Assembly (NCBI GenBank): GCA_032718475.1
Contig: JAUCBJ010003498.1
Location: forward strand, 1-50,779
DNA length: 50,779 nt
Source of the DNA: Nemertoderma westbladi
Lineage: Eukaryota > Animalia > Xenacoelomorpha
Direction: 5' to 3'
Positions 36,865 through 49,900 of the stretch are shown piece by piece (the first letter of the stretch is position 1; every line of letters begins with the position of its first letter). The translations under genes and the position numbers were made by a program. Under the pieces are notes generated by a model. The model was not told the DNA's origin. It searched no databases and saw only the letters and a program-made list of their open reading frames with translations.

Positions 36865-37540
36865 TGCAATGCAGCATGCCGATCCTAGTAGTAGTAGTAG
36901 TATGCTTGAGCATGTGGATGACTTCTGTTACCTGGGATCATGGATCCGGAAGTCAGGTGAGGACCTTCGAATACGTAAGGGAAAGGCATGGGCAGCCTTG
37001 AATAGGCTTTCCAGGATTTGGAAGTCACCGAGAATTAATCGGAAACTTAAGGTCCGGTTATTTAGAGCAGCAGTAGTTCCAGTACTCTTCTATGGGAGTC
37101 CATGCTGGGCTCTAACTGCTGAGGACTCTGGATGGCACATTCACAAGAATGCTACGCCGGGTTCATTGTGTCAAGTTCAATGCACACATCTCCAACCAGA
37201 CACTATATAACATTGGAGGTGTCTCATTGGTGCCCCCAAGCTTGACACTAGAACAAAATCGCCTCCCCTTTGCAGGACATTGCTTTCGCCGTGAGGACCA
37301 GCCAGTGCATAATCTTGTACTTTGGCAGCCTCATGGAGTGAATAAGCATGGTGGACAGCCCATGACTTTCTTGAGACGCATCTTAAAGGACACTGGCCTT
37401 GAAGATGCGGATGATCTAGCAAATGTCATGGGTGATAGGGAGTTGTGGTGGTGCAATTTTGTCGATAGGCCGGCACAGCATTCTTAAAAATGCAGCTGCA
37501 ATGCAGCATGCCGATCCTAGTAGTAGTAGTAGTAGTAGTA
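36865..37540 (+). mobile_element. Two tandem 5'-truncated RTE-type LINE copies (a ~36-bp tail-only copy, then a ~640-bp copy)
   Basis: tgcaatgcagcatgccgatcc(TAG)n occurs at 36865 and ~37497; the body is highly similar to 25047..25541 plus 30746..30831. Confidence 0.88.
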
Positions 37541-37820
37541 TGGATAACCAGATTACTAAAGATCACCCATCATCAATGGATAACCAGATGTCTCTGGATA
37601 TACCTTTGACTTCAGGTGATGAGGAAATGTTCAGCATTGGCACACAATATGCAGATGAACTGACTTTAAAATCAAATTGGAATGCTGATATATGTGAATA
37701 CTCACCAATCACCAACGATAAGTCTACTATTGATAATTCAGGCAATGGTTCTCTCACGATTTTATCCGAAACATTGAATACAAAGAAAAATGTATGTTTA
37801 TATTGTAACGATTCAAGAGA

Positions 37821-38937
37821 TGTTCGCGCTTTTAGACCTTTAGCAGTTTAACCTGCCAATTTTAGTTGTCCTCTTGTTTATAAATCGACTTTAGCCTTTA
37901 CCAATTACCTAGTGTACTGAAGTTACATCAGCCGAAGCCAGTCCGTGCGCGGCGTATGACCCACGGTGTGGGAGACTGGATTCGGATTCCTTGGGAGTTA
38001 TTGCAGTGTAGACCTACTGTATTATTCGATTGATCGCTACTATATAATCTCTGACAACTATATTTACTTTCGGGGAAATATTAACAGTTCCTTTAGGACG
38101 TGGCGCTTTAAGTATAAAACAGAGTTATGACTTATACTAATCACAACTAGATGGCCACAGAGTTTCGTAAATAGCGCATTCTTTAGGAGATGCTTTATTA
38201 ACCTTCACACTACTTCACACGACTTCACATTAGTTCACACTACTGCGCACTGATCTGCCGACCGTCACTGAATTTGATCATATATAAGGAGGATCGCAAC
38301 TGACACATGTAGGGATTATGAAATAGCATTTAATTCACACAAAACCACTATAATTTAAGTCGCAGTTGCTACCGGTAAACTCTATTCCTCTTACCTCAGT
38401 AATCAATAAGATTGAGGGGTTTATGATTATTTATCGGTATTCTCCAAATATAACATCAATATCCATTAATATAACAACAATTAATACTATAAAACAGAAG
38501 TAAAATAATGCGGTGAACAGTCAGTATGTCAGTTATTCAGTGGTCAGTAATATGAAATGTTACGAGCGATGATCAATGTTAATAGATTTACGTTCTTATA
38601 ACCAAGGCCATCTGATGTTCCTAGGCCAAAGTCTGAAACTTCCGTACAGAAGCACAGAATTCTGAGTTGGTTCTGATTCTCAGAAAAATAGTAAACAAAG
38701 ACCGTAATGCATTGCGCGAGTTTCCATAGGTTTCTGTTAGCCATAAAGTGAAAATTGCTCTGATTGGCTGAATAAGACAGAACAAAGAACTTCCACGTCC
38801 ACAAAGAATCAGCTGACAGATTTCGTCATCTTGGTTCTAATTCCTTCCCGTCGCGTAGTTGGATAATTTTAGGGCTATTTTAGAGTATTCTGCGCATTGC
38901 GTAAAAATGACTTGTTATGTCCGCAAAAGCTTTTACA
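37821..38937. mobile_element. Insert A: non-coding TG...CA element with 5-bp TSD (AGAGA)
   Basis: Starts TGTTCGCGCTTTTAG, ends CGCAAAAGCTTTTACA; TSD at 37816..37820 and 38938..38942; homologous to both ends of insert B. Confidence 0.85.
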
Positions 38938-39686
38938 AGAGAAGTGACGAATCCCGTTCGGCATTTGAAAGATAATCATCGATCTGAACCTTAGGTGACT
39001 AGATTGATATATCTCGACAAAGACTTGGATCTAAAGAAAATCCAACGAAATCGAAACTCATCTGAAAATGCACAATACGAAGCTCGAACTACACTTGTGA
39101 ACTATATTCGAAATAAGTGTTTGCGCTTTTAAGACCTTTGGCAGTTTAACCTGCCAAATTGGGATGTCTTTTAGATGATATATAGTCTTTAGCCTATGAC
39201 GAGTATTTGATACACTACATTAGCCGAAGCCAGTCTATGCGCAATCATTCACCCGCTGGATATACCCGGGAGACTGAATTCGGGGCCATATACTGGTATT
39301 TGGTCCGCGGTCCAAATACTTTTTCGGGGGGTCTGGGGTGGGGGTGGCATTGTTATTAAACCTTCTGACCTTACAGCAAAGACTACCTGCTTGTACACTT
39401 ACTGTAATTAATCTCGTCCACATATTCTAACTCTCAGGACCTGTAATTAATGATTTGATCCAGCTAAAAATTAGTAGTACTGAACATGACTAGCTAGAGC
39501 TAGATGAACTGTACCTACAGTACTTCAATGCCAGCTGTTTGGTCTTCCAATCGGCCAATACCACATCTGATTACCTCAACACACCACTGAATGAAATCAA
39601 TTAATGAAGCCGTATTGAAACACGAAAAGTATTTGGTCCATTACAGTACAATCAGTATGACTTACAACCAACTGATTGCTTAAGAC

Positions 39687-40400
39687 CGGACCAAATACCA
39701 GGAGTATGTATATTATACTACCGATAGTTGGTCCGCTCCTATAGGCTTCCATTACAAATTTTACATTGAAAAGCATTACGCCGGAACAAATACCTGTAGT
39801 ACAGTATATATAGGCAATCACTTGTTTCTGTAATTAAAAATCTCATAGTGCGGACCAAATACCAGGAGTATGATATACTACCGATAGTTGGTCCGCTCCT
39901 ATAGGCTTCCATTACAAATTTTACATTGAAAAGCATTAGGCCGGACCAAATACCAGTAGTATATATATAGGCAATCACTTATTACTAAATCATTTAGCAA
40001 CAGTGTTGTGTTTGTTCTGGGGGAAGTTCCCCCGGGAAAAGGGTTTCTTTGGGGGCCAAATCAGAAAAAATGGGGCTTGGAATGTTTTGGGGTTGGTGTT
40101 TAAAAATCCAATAGCTCGGGTATTTAATTATCCCATAGTGCGGACCAAATACCAGGAGTATGATATACTACCGATAGTTGGTCCGCTCCTATAGGCTTCC
40201 ATTACAAATTTTACATTGAAAAGCATTACGCCGGAACAAATACCAGTAGTATATATATAGGCAATCACTTATTTCTAAATCATTCAGCAACAGTATTGTG
40301 TTTGTTCTGGGGGAAGTTCCCCTGGGAAAAGGGTTTCTTTGGGGGCCACATCAGAAAAAATGGGGCTTGGAATGTTTTGGGGTTGCTGTTTAAAAATCCA
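39687..40400. repeat. Local irregular tandem repeats
   Basis: cggaccaaataccaggagtatg...ggtccgctcctataggcttccattacaaattttac recurs at ~39687, 39851, 40141; the gtgtttgttctgggggaagttccc block recurs at ~40008 and ~40298. Confidence 0.85.
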
Positions 40401-43400
40401 GTATCTATTACTTTTTTATTGTCGGACTCGGAAGCAGTAGTTTAGCCTTTTGATAGCATCCCAATTCCGCTAGGTAAGAAAATGTTAGGTAGAGTACATT
40501 ATATTGTCTTATAATCTATGCTTCCGATTCTTTTAATTAAGCCGCCCCTTTCACACCTGATCTAACAACAAGTTAGGACGGCAGCATACAGGTATACTGT
40601 ATACAGAGGTCATCACGCTTGTTCATGATTAGTCATGAACAATTACATACTGTAGACGGCCCTCCCATCAATGAAGGGTATATTTTATTACCATACAGCC
40701 ATATGGCAGTATGGTCAAATACAGAAATATACATACGAATAATCTTTAATGAGTCAGCAGATTTACACATCACCTAACATGTTAGATCGGGTACAGTACA
40801 GCAAACCAGCTGGCACACAAACATTTAATGTTGGACGTCGCATCAGGACGTCGCATCAATATCTGTTTAATGATTACCAACCTATAATTATTCTTTGGGT
40901 TTATTGTTTAGCCATCAAAACTATCGTCCCTTTTCCATAAATGGTGGGCTACCGCTATCGTATATATTGTTATATTCCAAATTTGAACCAAAGTTACACG
41001 ACTAGATCTATTCTTTGATTCATCACATTTAAGCATTTATACATGACCTTGAAACATGATAGGTCGGGTACAGTACTAGTACATCAGAACAGCTGGTACA
41101 TGCACATGTTATTTCGGGTATATTAGACGGGATGGAGGGGGGTTCAGCGGATCGGCTCAAACTAAGATTTATGATGAGTTGCAACTGGCCACTACAGTAC
41201 AACCACATGGTCACTACTGTTAATTAACACTTCATCTAATCTGCTAAAGCTAATAACGTTAGGTATGGTACAGTACACATATGTCATAGGGATGGCTTAC
41301 TAATATTTATATTACACAGCTCCTCACATCAATGTAGGGTATATTATATTAACACATACATGTTATGTTGGGAAAGGGGGGGGGGGGGGGGGGGGGGGGG
41401 TAATTCATCATACATCCCCAATGTTTTGGGGTTGGTGTTTAAAAATCCAATAGCTCGGGTATTTAATTATCCCATAGTGCGGACCAAATACCAGGAGTAT
41501 GATATACTACCGATAGTTGGTCCGCTCCTATAGGCTTCCATTACAAATTTTACATTGAAAAGCATTACGCCGGAACAAATACCAGTAGTATATATATAGG
41601 CAATCACTTATTTCTAAATCATTCAGCAACAGTATTGTGTTTGTTCTGGGGGAAGTTCCCCTGGGAAAAGGGTTTCTTTGGGGGCCACATCAGAAAAAAT
41701 GGGGCTTGGAATGTTTTGGGGTTGCTGTTTAAAAATCCAGTATCTATTACTTTTTTATTGTCGGACTCGGAAGCAGTAGTTTAGCCTTTTGATAGCATCC
41801 CAATTCCGCTAGGTAAGAAAATGTTAGGTAGAGTACATTATATTGTCTTATAATCTATGCTTCCGATTCTTTTAATTAAGCCGCCCCTTTCACACCTGAT
41901 CTAACAACAAGTTAGGACGGCAGCATACAGGTATACTGTATACAGAGGTCATCACGCTTGTTCATGATTAGTCATGAACAATTACATACTGTAGACGGCC
42001 CTCCCATCAATGAAGGGTATATTTTATTACCATACAGCCATATGGCAGTATGGTCAAATACAGAAATATACATACGAATAATCTTTAATGAGTCAGCAGA
42101 TTTACACATCACCTAACATGTTAGATCGGGTACAGTACAGCAAACCAGCTGGCACACAAACATTTAATGTTGGACGTCGCATCAGGACGTCGCATCAATA
42201 TCTGTTTAATGATTACCAACCTATAATTATTCTTTGGGTTTATTGTTTAGCCATCAAAACTATCGTCCCTTTTCCATAAATGGTGGGCTACCGCTATCGT
42301 ATATATTGTTATATTCCAAATTTGAACCAAAGTTACACGACTAGATCTATTCTTTGATTCATCACATTTAAGCATTTATACATGACCTTGAAACATGATA
42401 GGTCGGGTACAGTACTAGTACATCAGAACAGCTGGTACATGCACATGTTATTTCGGGTATATTAGACGGGATGGAGGGGGGTTCAGCGGATCGGCTCAAA
42501 CTAAGATTTATGATGAGTTGCAACTGGCCACTACAGTACAACCACATGGTCACTACTGTTAATTAACACTTCATCTAATCTGCTAAAGCTAATAACGTTA
42601 GGTATGGTACAGTACACATATGTCATAGGGATGGCTTACTAATATTTATATTACACAGCTCCTCACATCAATGTAGGGTATATTATATTAACACATACAT
42701 GTTATGTTGGGAAAGGGGGGGGGGGGGGGGGGGGGGGGGGGGTAATTCATCATACATCATCTGATTTCTTCACAGGTTATCGTTAGGTCTTAGGTCCGGT
42801 ACAGTAAAGCTGTAGAATTTTAAAACAATAGCTGATTTACATTTATAGTTGTAATTTATAAATACATCTATCTATCTGTCTATAGTCTGATAGTGGGCAA
42901 AGAACATATACAGTATATTTCTGTATTTAATTGTACATGATTATATTATACAAAAAGCTATTATGTCGATGTACTGTTAATATTACATAATTAAAATCTG
43001 CAATTTGGGTACCTCGGTCCGCGGTCCAGAAGGCAGTATAATGCCGAATTCGGAAGCTTAACTTGATTGATGGTGTAAGCCTACTGTATTATTCGACTGA
43101 TCGTAATATATAATCTCTGACAAATATTATTCACTTTCGGGAAATATTAACAGTTCCTTTAGGACGTGGCGCTCTAAATATGTAAACAGAGTTATGACTT
43201 AAACTAGACACAACGAAATGGCTATAGATTCATGTATATGGCGCATTCTTTAGGAGATGCTTTGTTATCAGTTACAATCATATACAATGCTGCACAATAC
43301 TGCACACTAATCTGCCGACCTTCACTAAATTTAGTCACGTATAAAGAGAGCAACATACAATTTATGTCGGGCCTATGAAATAGCATTAGATTCACTTCAA

Positions 43401-46281
43401 ACCACTTAACATAGGTCGCAATCGTTTATATGTAACCGGTCTCTCTAACCTTTAGTATATCAAGAAGATTGGGGTGTCCGATTATTGATCAGTATTCCGA
43501 TATAATATTTCATCAACAAATATAATGAATAACCGACAGCAAAAGCAGTAAAGTTAAGGTATAAATGATTATTAAGTGAGATTTGTATAATATAGTATGG
43601 ATTGGTTTGGTTTGGTAACTCGGTTTGATAACAGATATACACTCTATAATTAAGCCTACTAATGTTAAGCTAAAGACTGAAACACGGAGGTGCCAAAAGC
43701 CGGTGTTCTTAGGCTCTGGGCAAAAACATAACACTGAATTCATGAGTTTCTGTATCCAACCTCCAACACAGAGTCAAAAAACGCTCTGATTGGTCGACCG
43801 AACAAAGAGAGAACAAAGAACAAAGAGATGTTCGACGTGGCATTATATAAAATATAATATATATGGAATATTCGACGTGTTTAAAAATCCAATAGCTCGG
43901 GTATTTAATTATCCCATAGTGCGGACCAAATACCAGGAGTATGATATACTACCGATAGTTGGTCCGCTCCTATAGGCTTCCATTACAAATTTTACATTGA
44001 AAAGCATTACGCCGGAACAAATACCAGTAGTATATATATAGGCAATCACTTATTTCTAAATCATTCAGCAACAGTATTGTGTTTGTTCTGGGGGAAGTTC
44101 CCCTGGGAAAAGGGTTTCTTTGGGGGCCACATCAGAAAAAATGGGGCTTGGAATGTTTTGGGGTTGCTGTTTAAAAATCCAGTATCTATTACTTTTTTAT
44201 TGTCGGACTCGGAAGCAGTAGTTTAGCCTTTTGATAGCATCCCAATTCCGCTAGGTAAGAAAATGTTAGGTAGAGTACATTATATTGTCTTATAATCTAT
44301 GCTTCCGATTCTTTTAATTAAGCCGCCCCTTTCACACCTGATCTAACAACAAGTTAGGACGGCAGCATACAGGTATACTGTATACAGAGGTCATCACGCT
44401 TGTTCATGATTAGTCATGAACAATTACATACTGTAGACGGCCCTCCCATCAATGAAGGGTATATTTTATTACCATACAGCCATATGGCAGTATGGTCAAA
44501 TACAGAAATATACATACGAATAATCTTTAATGAGTCAGCAGATTTACACATCACCTAACATGTTAGATCGGGTACAGTACAGCAAACCAGCTGGCACACA
44601 AACATTTAATGTTGGACGTCGCATCAGGACGTCGCATCAATATCTGTTTAATGATTACCAACCTATAATTATTCTTTGGGTTTATTGTTTAGCCATCAAA
44701 ACTATCGTCCCTTTTCCATAAATGGTGGGCTACCGCTATCGTATATATTGTTATATTCCAAATTTGAACCAAAGTTACACGACTAGATCTATTCTTTGAT
44801 TCATCACATTTAAGCATTTATACATGACCTTGAAACATGATAGGTCGGGTACAGTACTAGTACATCAGAACAGCTGGTACATGCACATGTTATTTCGGGT
44901 ATATTAGACGGGATGGAGGGGGGTTCAGCGGATCGGCTCAAACTAAGATTTATGATGAGTTGCAACTGGCCACTACAGTACAACCACATGGTCACTACTG
45001 TTAATTAACACTTCATCTAATCTGCTAAAGCTAATAACGTTAGGTATGGTACAGTACACATATGTCATAGGGATGGCTTACTAATATTTATATTACACAG
45101 CTCCTCACATCAATGTAGGGTATATTATATTAACACATACATGTTATGTTGGGAAAGGGGGGGGGGGGGGGGGGGGGGGGGTAATTCATCATACATCATC
45201 TGATTTCTTCACAGGTTATCGTTAGGTCTTAGGTCCGGTACAGTAAAGCTGTAGAATTTTAAAACAATAGCTGATTTACATTTATAGTTGTAATTTATAA
45301 ATACATCTATCTATCTGTCTATAGTCTGATAGTGGGCAAAGAACATATACAGTATATTTCTGTATTTAATTGTACATGATTATATTATACAAAAAGCTAT
45401 TATGTCGATGTACTGTTAATATTACATAATTAAAATCTGCAATTTGGGTACCTCGGTCCGCGGTCCAGAAGGCAGTATAATGCCGAATTCGGAAGCTTAA
45501 CTTGATTGATGGTGTAAGCCTACTGTATTATTCGACTGATCGTAATATATAATCTCTGACAAATATTATTCACTTTCGGGAAATATTAACAGTTCCTTTA
45601 GGACGTGGCGCTCTAAATATGTAAACAGAGTTATGACTTAAACTAGACACAACGAAATGGCTATAGATTCATGTATATGGCGCATTCTTTAGGAGATGCT
45701 TTGTTATCAGTTACAATCATATACAATGCTGCACAATACTGCACACTAATCTGCCGACCTTCACTAAATTTAGTCACGTATAAAGAGAGCAACATACAAT
45801 TTATGTCGGGCCTATGAAATAGCATTAGATTCACTTCAAACCACTTAACATAGGTCGCAATCGTTTATATGTAACCGGTCTCTCTAACCTTTAGTATATC
45901 AAGAAGATTGGGGTGTCCGATTATTGATCAGTATTCCGATATAATATTTCATCAACAAATATAATGAATAACCGACAGCAAAAGCAGTAAAGTTAAGGTA
46001 TAAATGATTATTAAGTGAGATTTGTATAATATAGTATGGATTGGTTTGGTTTGGTAACTCGGTTTGATAACAGATATACACTCTATAATTAAGCCTACTA
46101 ATGTTAAGCTAAAGACTGAAACACGGAGGTGCCAAAAGCCGGTGTTCTTAGGCTCTGGGCAAAAACATAACACTGAATTCATGAGTTTCTGTATCCAACC
46201 TCCAACACAGAGTCAAAAAACGCTCTGATTGGTCGACCGAACAAAGAGAGAACAAAGAACAAAGAGATGTTCGACGTGGCA
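40081..46281. repeat. Near-identical tandem duplications: a 1339-bp block in three copies and a ~2.44-kb block in two copies
   Basis: Identical small ORFs at 40749/42088/44530 and 43460/45899; copy starts at 40081, 41420, 43877; poly-G runs of 25, 28 and 25. Confidence 0.95.
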
Positions 46282-46902
46282 ATATCAGCTGTTAGCCGTC
46301 GTCATGGTAGCGACACTGTTTTCAAGAGGATCCAGCTTATTGCCTCACAAAATTGCGGATTATGTCCTCTAAAGTACACATACCGAAGAAATGACTTTTA
46401 TGTCCTCTAAAACACCAGTACAGTAAGGACACGGCCCTTTTATGCCTGGTAAACCAACTACAGAGTACTTTACGGGAAAATAACCGGCTAATTACGCAAA
46501 AGCTTTTACAATAAGGGAAACTTTCAGCACAATAAATCAGTTATATCAAAGGGTTATGGAGAACTTAAGGTGGTCCGTCGAAATTTACAAGGAAATGATT
46601 TACATGATCTGGGTGTTTGTTTGTGGTGTTTTGGTATGTATAAAAAGTCTTTGCTAGGTAAACATGGAAAGGTTTGCCAATTGAGACATTGTACTTCACA
46701 GGTTCGTGGAATCACAGCATCTAGTAGTAATATGCTTCTGCTCCCTGATTCCTATACATTAGATGGACCCACCATGCCATCGAATTTGAAATCTCTATTA
46801 GGGAAAATGCGTGACGACGATGTAACCATGTGTGTTAAAGGCGATTTAAATATATTACGTTTGGGTGCGTGGCTTCTGGAATCAATGAATGATGCTAAAG
46901 AT

Positions 46903-49900
46903 TCAGATGAAGACATTCGGCAATCTCTTCGATAACTGATGTCGCACATTCCAGAATGGGCGTATGTGCACAGAACATTGTGTGGATGTTGAGGGAAATC
47001 CAGAAATAACAGCATCCACCAAAGCCATGTAAGAAATATCATCCTTTGCAGATGATCGGATAGACTCAATATATGAATCCTTGAGATGACTTGGAGCATC
47101 AGAGACAACAATTGAGGTAGACACGTGACGAATGACTGCAGAAACATGGTCATTGACATCTGTATCACAAAGAATATCCTCTGGAGTAGGATCCGAAACA
47201 GGGGCACGGGAAAGTGCGTCTGGAATGGAATGTTCACTTCCCTTTCTCCATGTTGTATTGAAGAAATAAAGGGTGAGTTTCTCTTTAAGACGTTGGATTC
47301 GGGGATTGTCTATCATATCCAAAGTATAATTGTTTAGGATAGGAAGAAGAGGTTTATGGTCAATTACCAACTCGAATGATGGGAGACCCATAAGATACAC
47401 CTTACACTTCCTAGTAGCCCATACGACGGCTAACAGTTCAAGCTCTATCATTGCATAACGTGATTCAGTGTCAGTTATGAATCTTGAACCGCACTGAATG
47501 AGTTTCCAAAAGCTGTCGTGTTTCTGAAGAAGTGAGAAACCAAGACCCTTCAAACGTGAAGCATCTGTCTGCAACATTGTAGGCAGCAATGGATCATATG
47601 GAGCTAGAATTGGAGGACTTACAAGAGCTTTCTTAACTGCTTGAAATGCAGTTTCTTGGGGTTCTGACCAACAGAAGACATTTTTAACTTTAAGAAGGTC
47701 CCGAAGAGGGCCTGCCTTTTCGCTAATAGAGGAAGTGAACTCACCTAGTTGGTTCACAAGACCCAAGAAAGATCTAAGTTCAGAAATGTTGGTCGGAACA
47801 GGAAAGTCAGCAATAGCATTAAGTTTGGAAGGATTCGCTTGAATACCATTACTACTAATTATATATCCTGCGAAGCACACCTCAGGGGTAGCTAATTTGA
47901 ATTTCGCAGCTTTGAGACTGATCTGGTGTTCACGACACCGATCCAGAACGGCAATAATATGTGCGAGATGACTGTGACTATCGGAAGAATGAATTAGAAT
48001 GTCATCAACTACTTTAGCAATGCCATCCAATCCCTGTAAAGCTATATCACCACGAAGACAAAACACATCTTGTGCTGAAGTTAATCCCATGGGATTCCTA
48101 AGAAACTTGAATCGACCCCAAGGGGAAATGAATGTTGTTAAATTCTGACTGGATTCATCAAGAGGTATCTGCCAATATCCATCCTTGGCATCTAATGAAG
48201 AAAAGAAGCAATCTGATGGAGAAATCGAATTGACAGCCTCACGAGGAGTAACCGATGGATGATACGGACGTTTAACATGTTTGTTTAGTTTAGTCAAATC
48301 AACACAAAGGCGCCAACCGCCTGTTGGTTTAGGAACTACAACAAGAGGATGGACCCAATCAGTTGGTTCGTTATCCAGAACTGGACAAATAATACCTTGT
48401 TCAACCATTTTCTCTAAGCGAGCTTTAGCCCAGTCTCTAATGGCTAAAGGAAGTTGCCTGGCTGTATGAATAGCATATGGTTGGGCATCATCTTTTAATG
48501 AAATGGTCATGGGTGGGCCATTCATTGGACGAAGTTTGTCATCTTGGTCAAAAACATCAGAATAAGCCTTTATGAGTTTCTGCTTAACAGTATCCCATTC
48601 TGAAGGCGAAGGTTCATCAGAAAGATGGAAGTCAACCTTGAATGATGTTGTTGGAATTGAGTTTTTAATACCAATAGGTGACATATTAGAAGAATTAGAA
48701 GAAGCAACAGACTGAATTTCTGCCACTGGTTCTGGATATGAACTTGAAATAATTCCTAGGTTTTGACAAGTATACCATGCCAAAAGAATTCCATTGACTT
48801 CTTCACAAATGCAGATAAGCTCATCAGTTGAATATTCACCATAGGAAATTGTGGTGTGGAGGAGACCAATGCATGAAAGAAGACTACCATTAGCAGCAGA
48901 AAGATCATCATGGTCTGGTGGAAGTAAATTTTCTTTGTCAATAGAAAGGGCCTGAAGAAAATCTAAGCCGGCAACAGTGGCCTCAGCACCAGTATCTGGA
49001 GTTGCTTTGAGAGAACCGAATAAATGTCCTGTTGCGATATGACAGAAGTTCAGAAATACTTTCGGAGCTTGTCGATTATGGCTTCCAACCAAATTGAGGG
49101 TGATGCGGCTAATGGGTTTTGTCTTAGGTTTTGAAGATGAATTCGAATTATTTTGTTTAGACCGACAAACATTGGCAAAGTGGCCTTCCTTGCCACAATA
49201 AGAACAATCTTTGTTCCTTGCTGGACAGTCAGCGCGTTTATGGTCTGTTTTACCACAACCATAACAAACTATAGGGCCAGTAGTTGAAGAATTGTTTCTG
49301 GAATTGGATTTAGAAGAATTGTTGCGCCTGGAATTATAAGGCTTTTTGTTGTGAAAACGAGATTGTCGAGAAGCTTGGTTGATTGAAGGGTTTTTTAAAT
49401 CCTGAACTCCAGCTTGGGCTGATTCCTCAGACCTACAAAGATTTACAGCATCTTCAAGCGATGGAAATGGAGTCAATGCAAGAAGTTTAGATCTGGTGTC
49501 CTCGCAAGAAATACCAGACATAATTCGAGTAGTCAACCGCCGATCGAAACAATGACGACATAGATCAGCATCTCGAGCAAGATCTTTAATAGCAACCAGG
49601 TAGCTATCAAAATTTTCACTTTGACGTTGTTTCCTATTATCAAACTGAACACAATCAAGGGCTATATTCCGTTTACCACGAAAATAACTTTGAATACAAT
49701 CTATTAACACCTGAACTGTTAAAGGATTATCATGTGTGTCAGGAGGAATGTCAATAACTTGTTCCAGTGTAGAGCGCATACCTATAGAAAGGTAACTCCT
49801 GAAAATACAGATTTGCCTATCCCTAGCCATTCTATCCATCTGAAATGCAGAATAATAATCCGCCCAAACCGACTTCCAAGTTTCAAATTTTGCTAAACTG

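Larger units (their letters stand above)
39118..46510. mobile_element. Insert B: same family, 7393 bp, 5-bp TSD (ATAAG), expanded by internal tandem duplications
   Basis: Starts TGTTTGCGCTTTTAAG, ends CGCAAAAGCTTTTACA; TSD at 39113..39117 and 46511..46515; no long ORF. Confidence 0.85.
37540..46932 (+). pseudogene. Zinc-finger ORF split into three pieces (37540..37820, 38943..39117, 46516..46932); resembles the N-terminal half of Crypton-like tyrosine-recombinase element proteins
   Basis: Removing two inserts and one TSD each restores a single 291-codon frame: KKNVCLYCNDSREVTNPVRHLKDNH...YIRNKGNFQHNKSVISKGYGELKVVRR...CLWCFGMY...KHGKVC...MRDDDV...IRQSLR, with one internal TAG at 38992. Family assignment from memory; the recombinase domain is absent here. 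Confidence 0.7.

Noticed and set aside
40749-46182. Repeated 60-76 aa ORFs as a small gene family
   Set aside because: They are identical only because the DNA is tandemly duplicated, and they show no recognisable protein features.
37821-46510. Inserts A and B as spliceable introns (introners), or as the two LTRs of one retroelement
   Set aside because: The GT/AG available at insert B would shift the frame by one base and A has no suitable donor. Each insert has its own TSD, and host ORF sequence lies between them.
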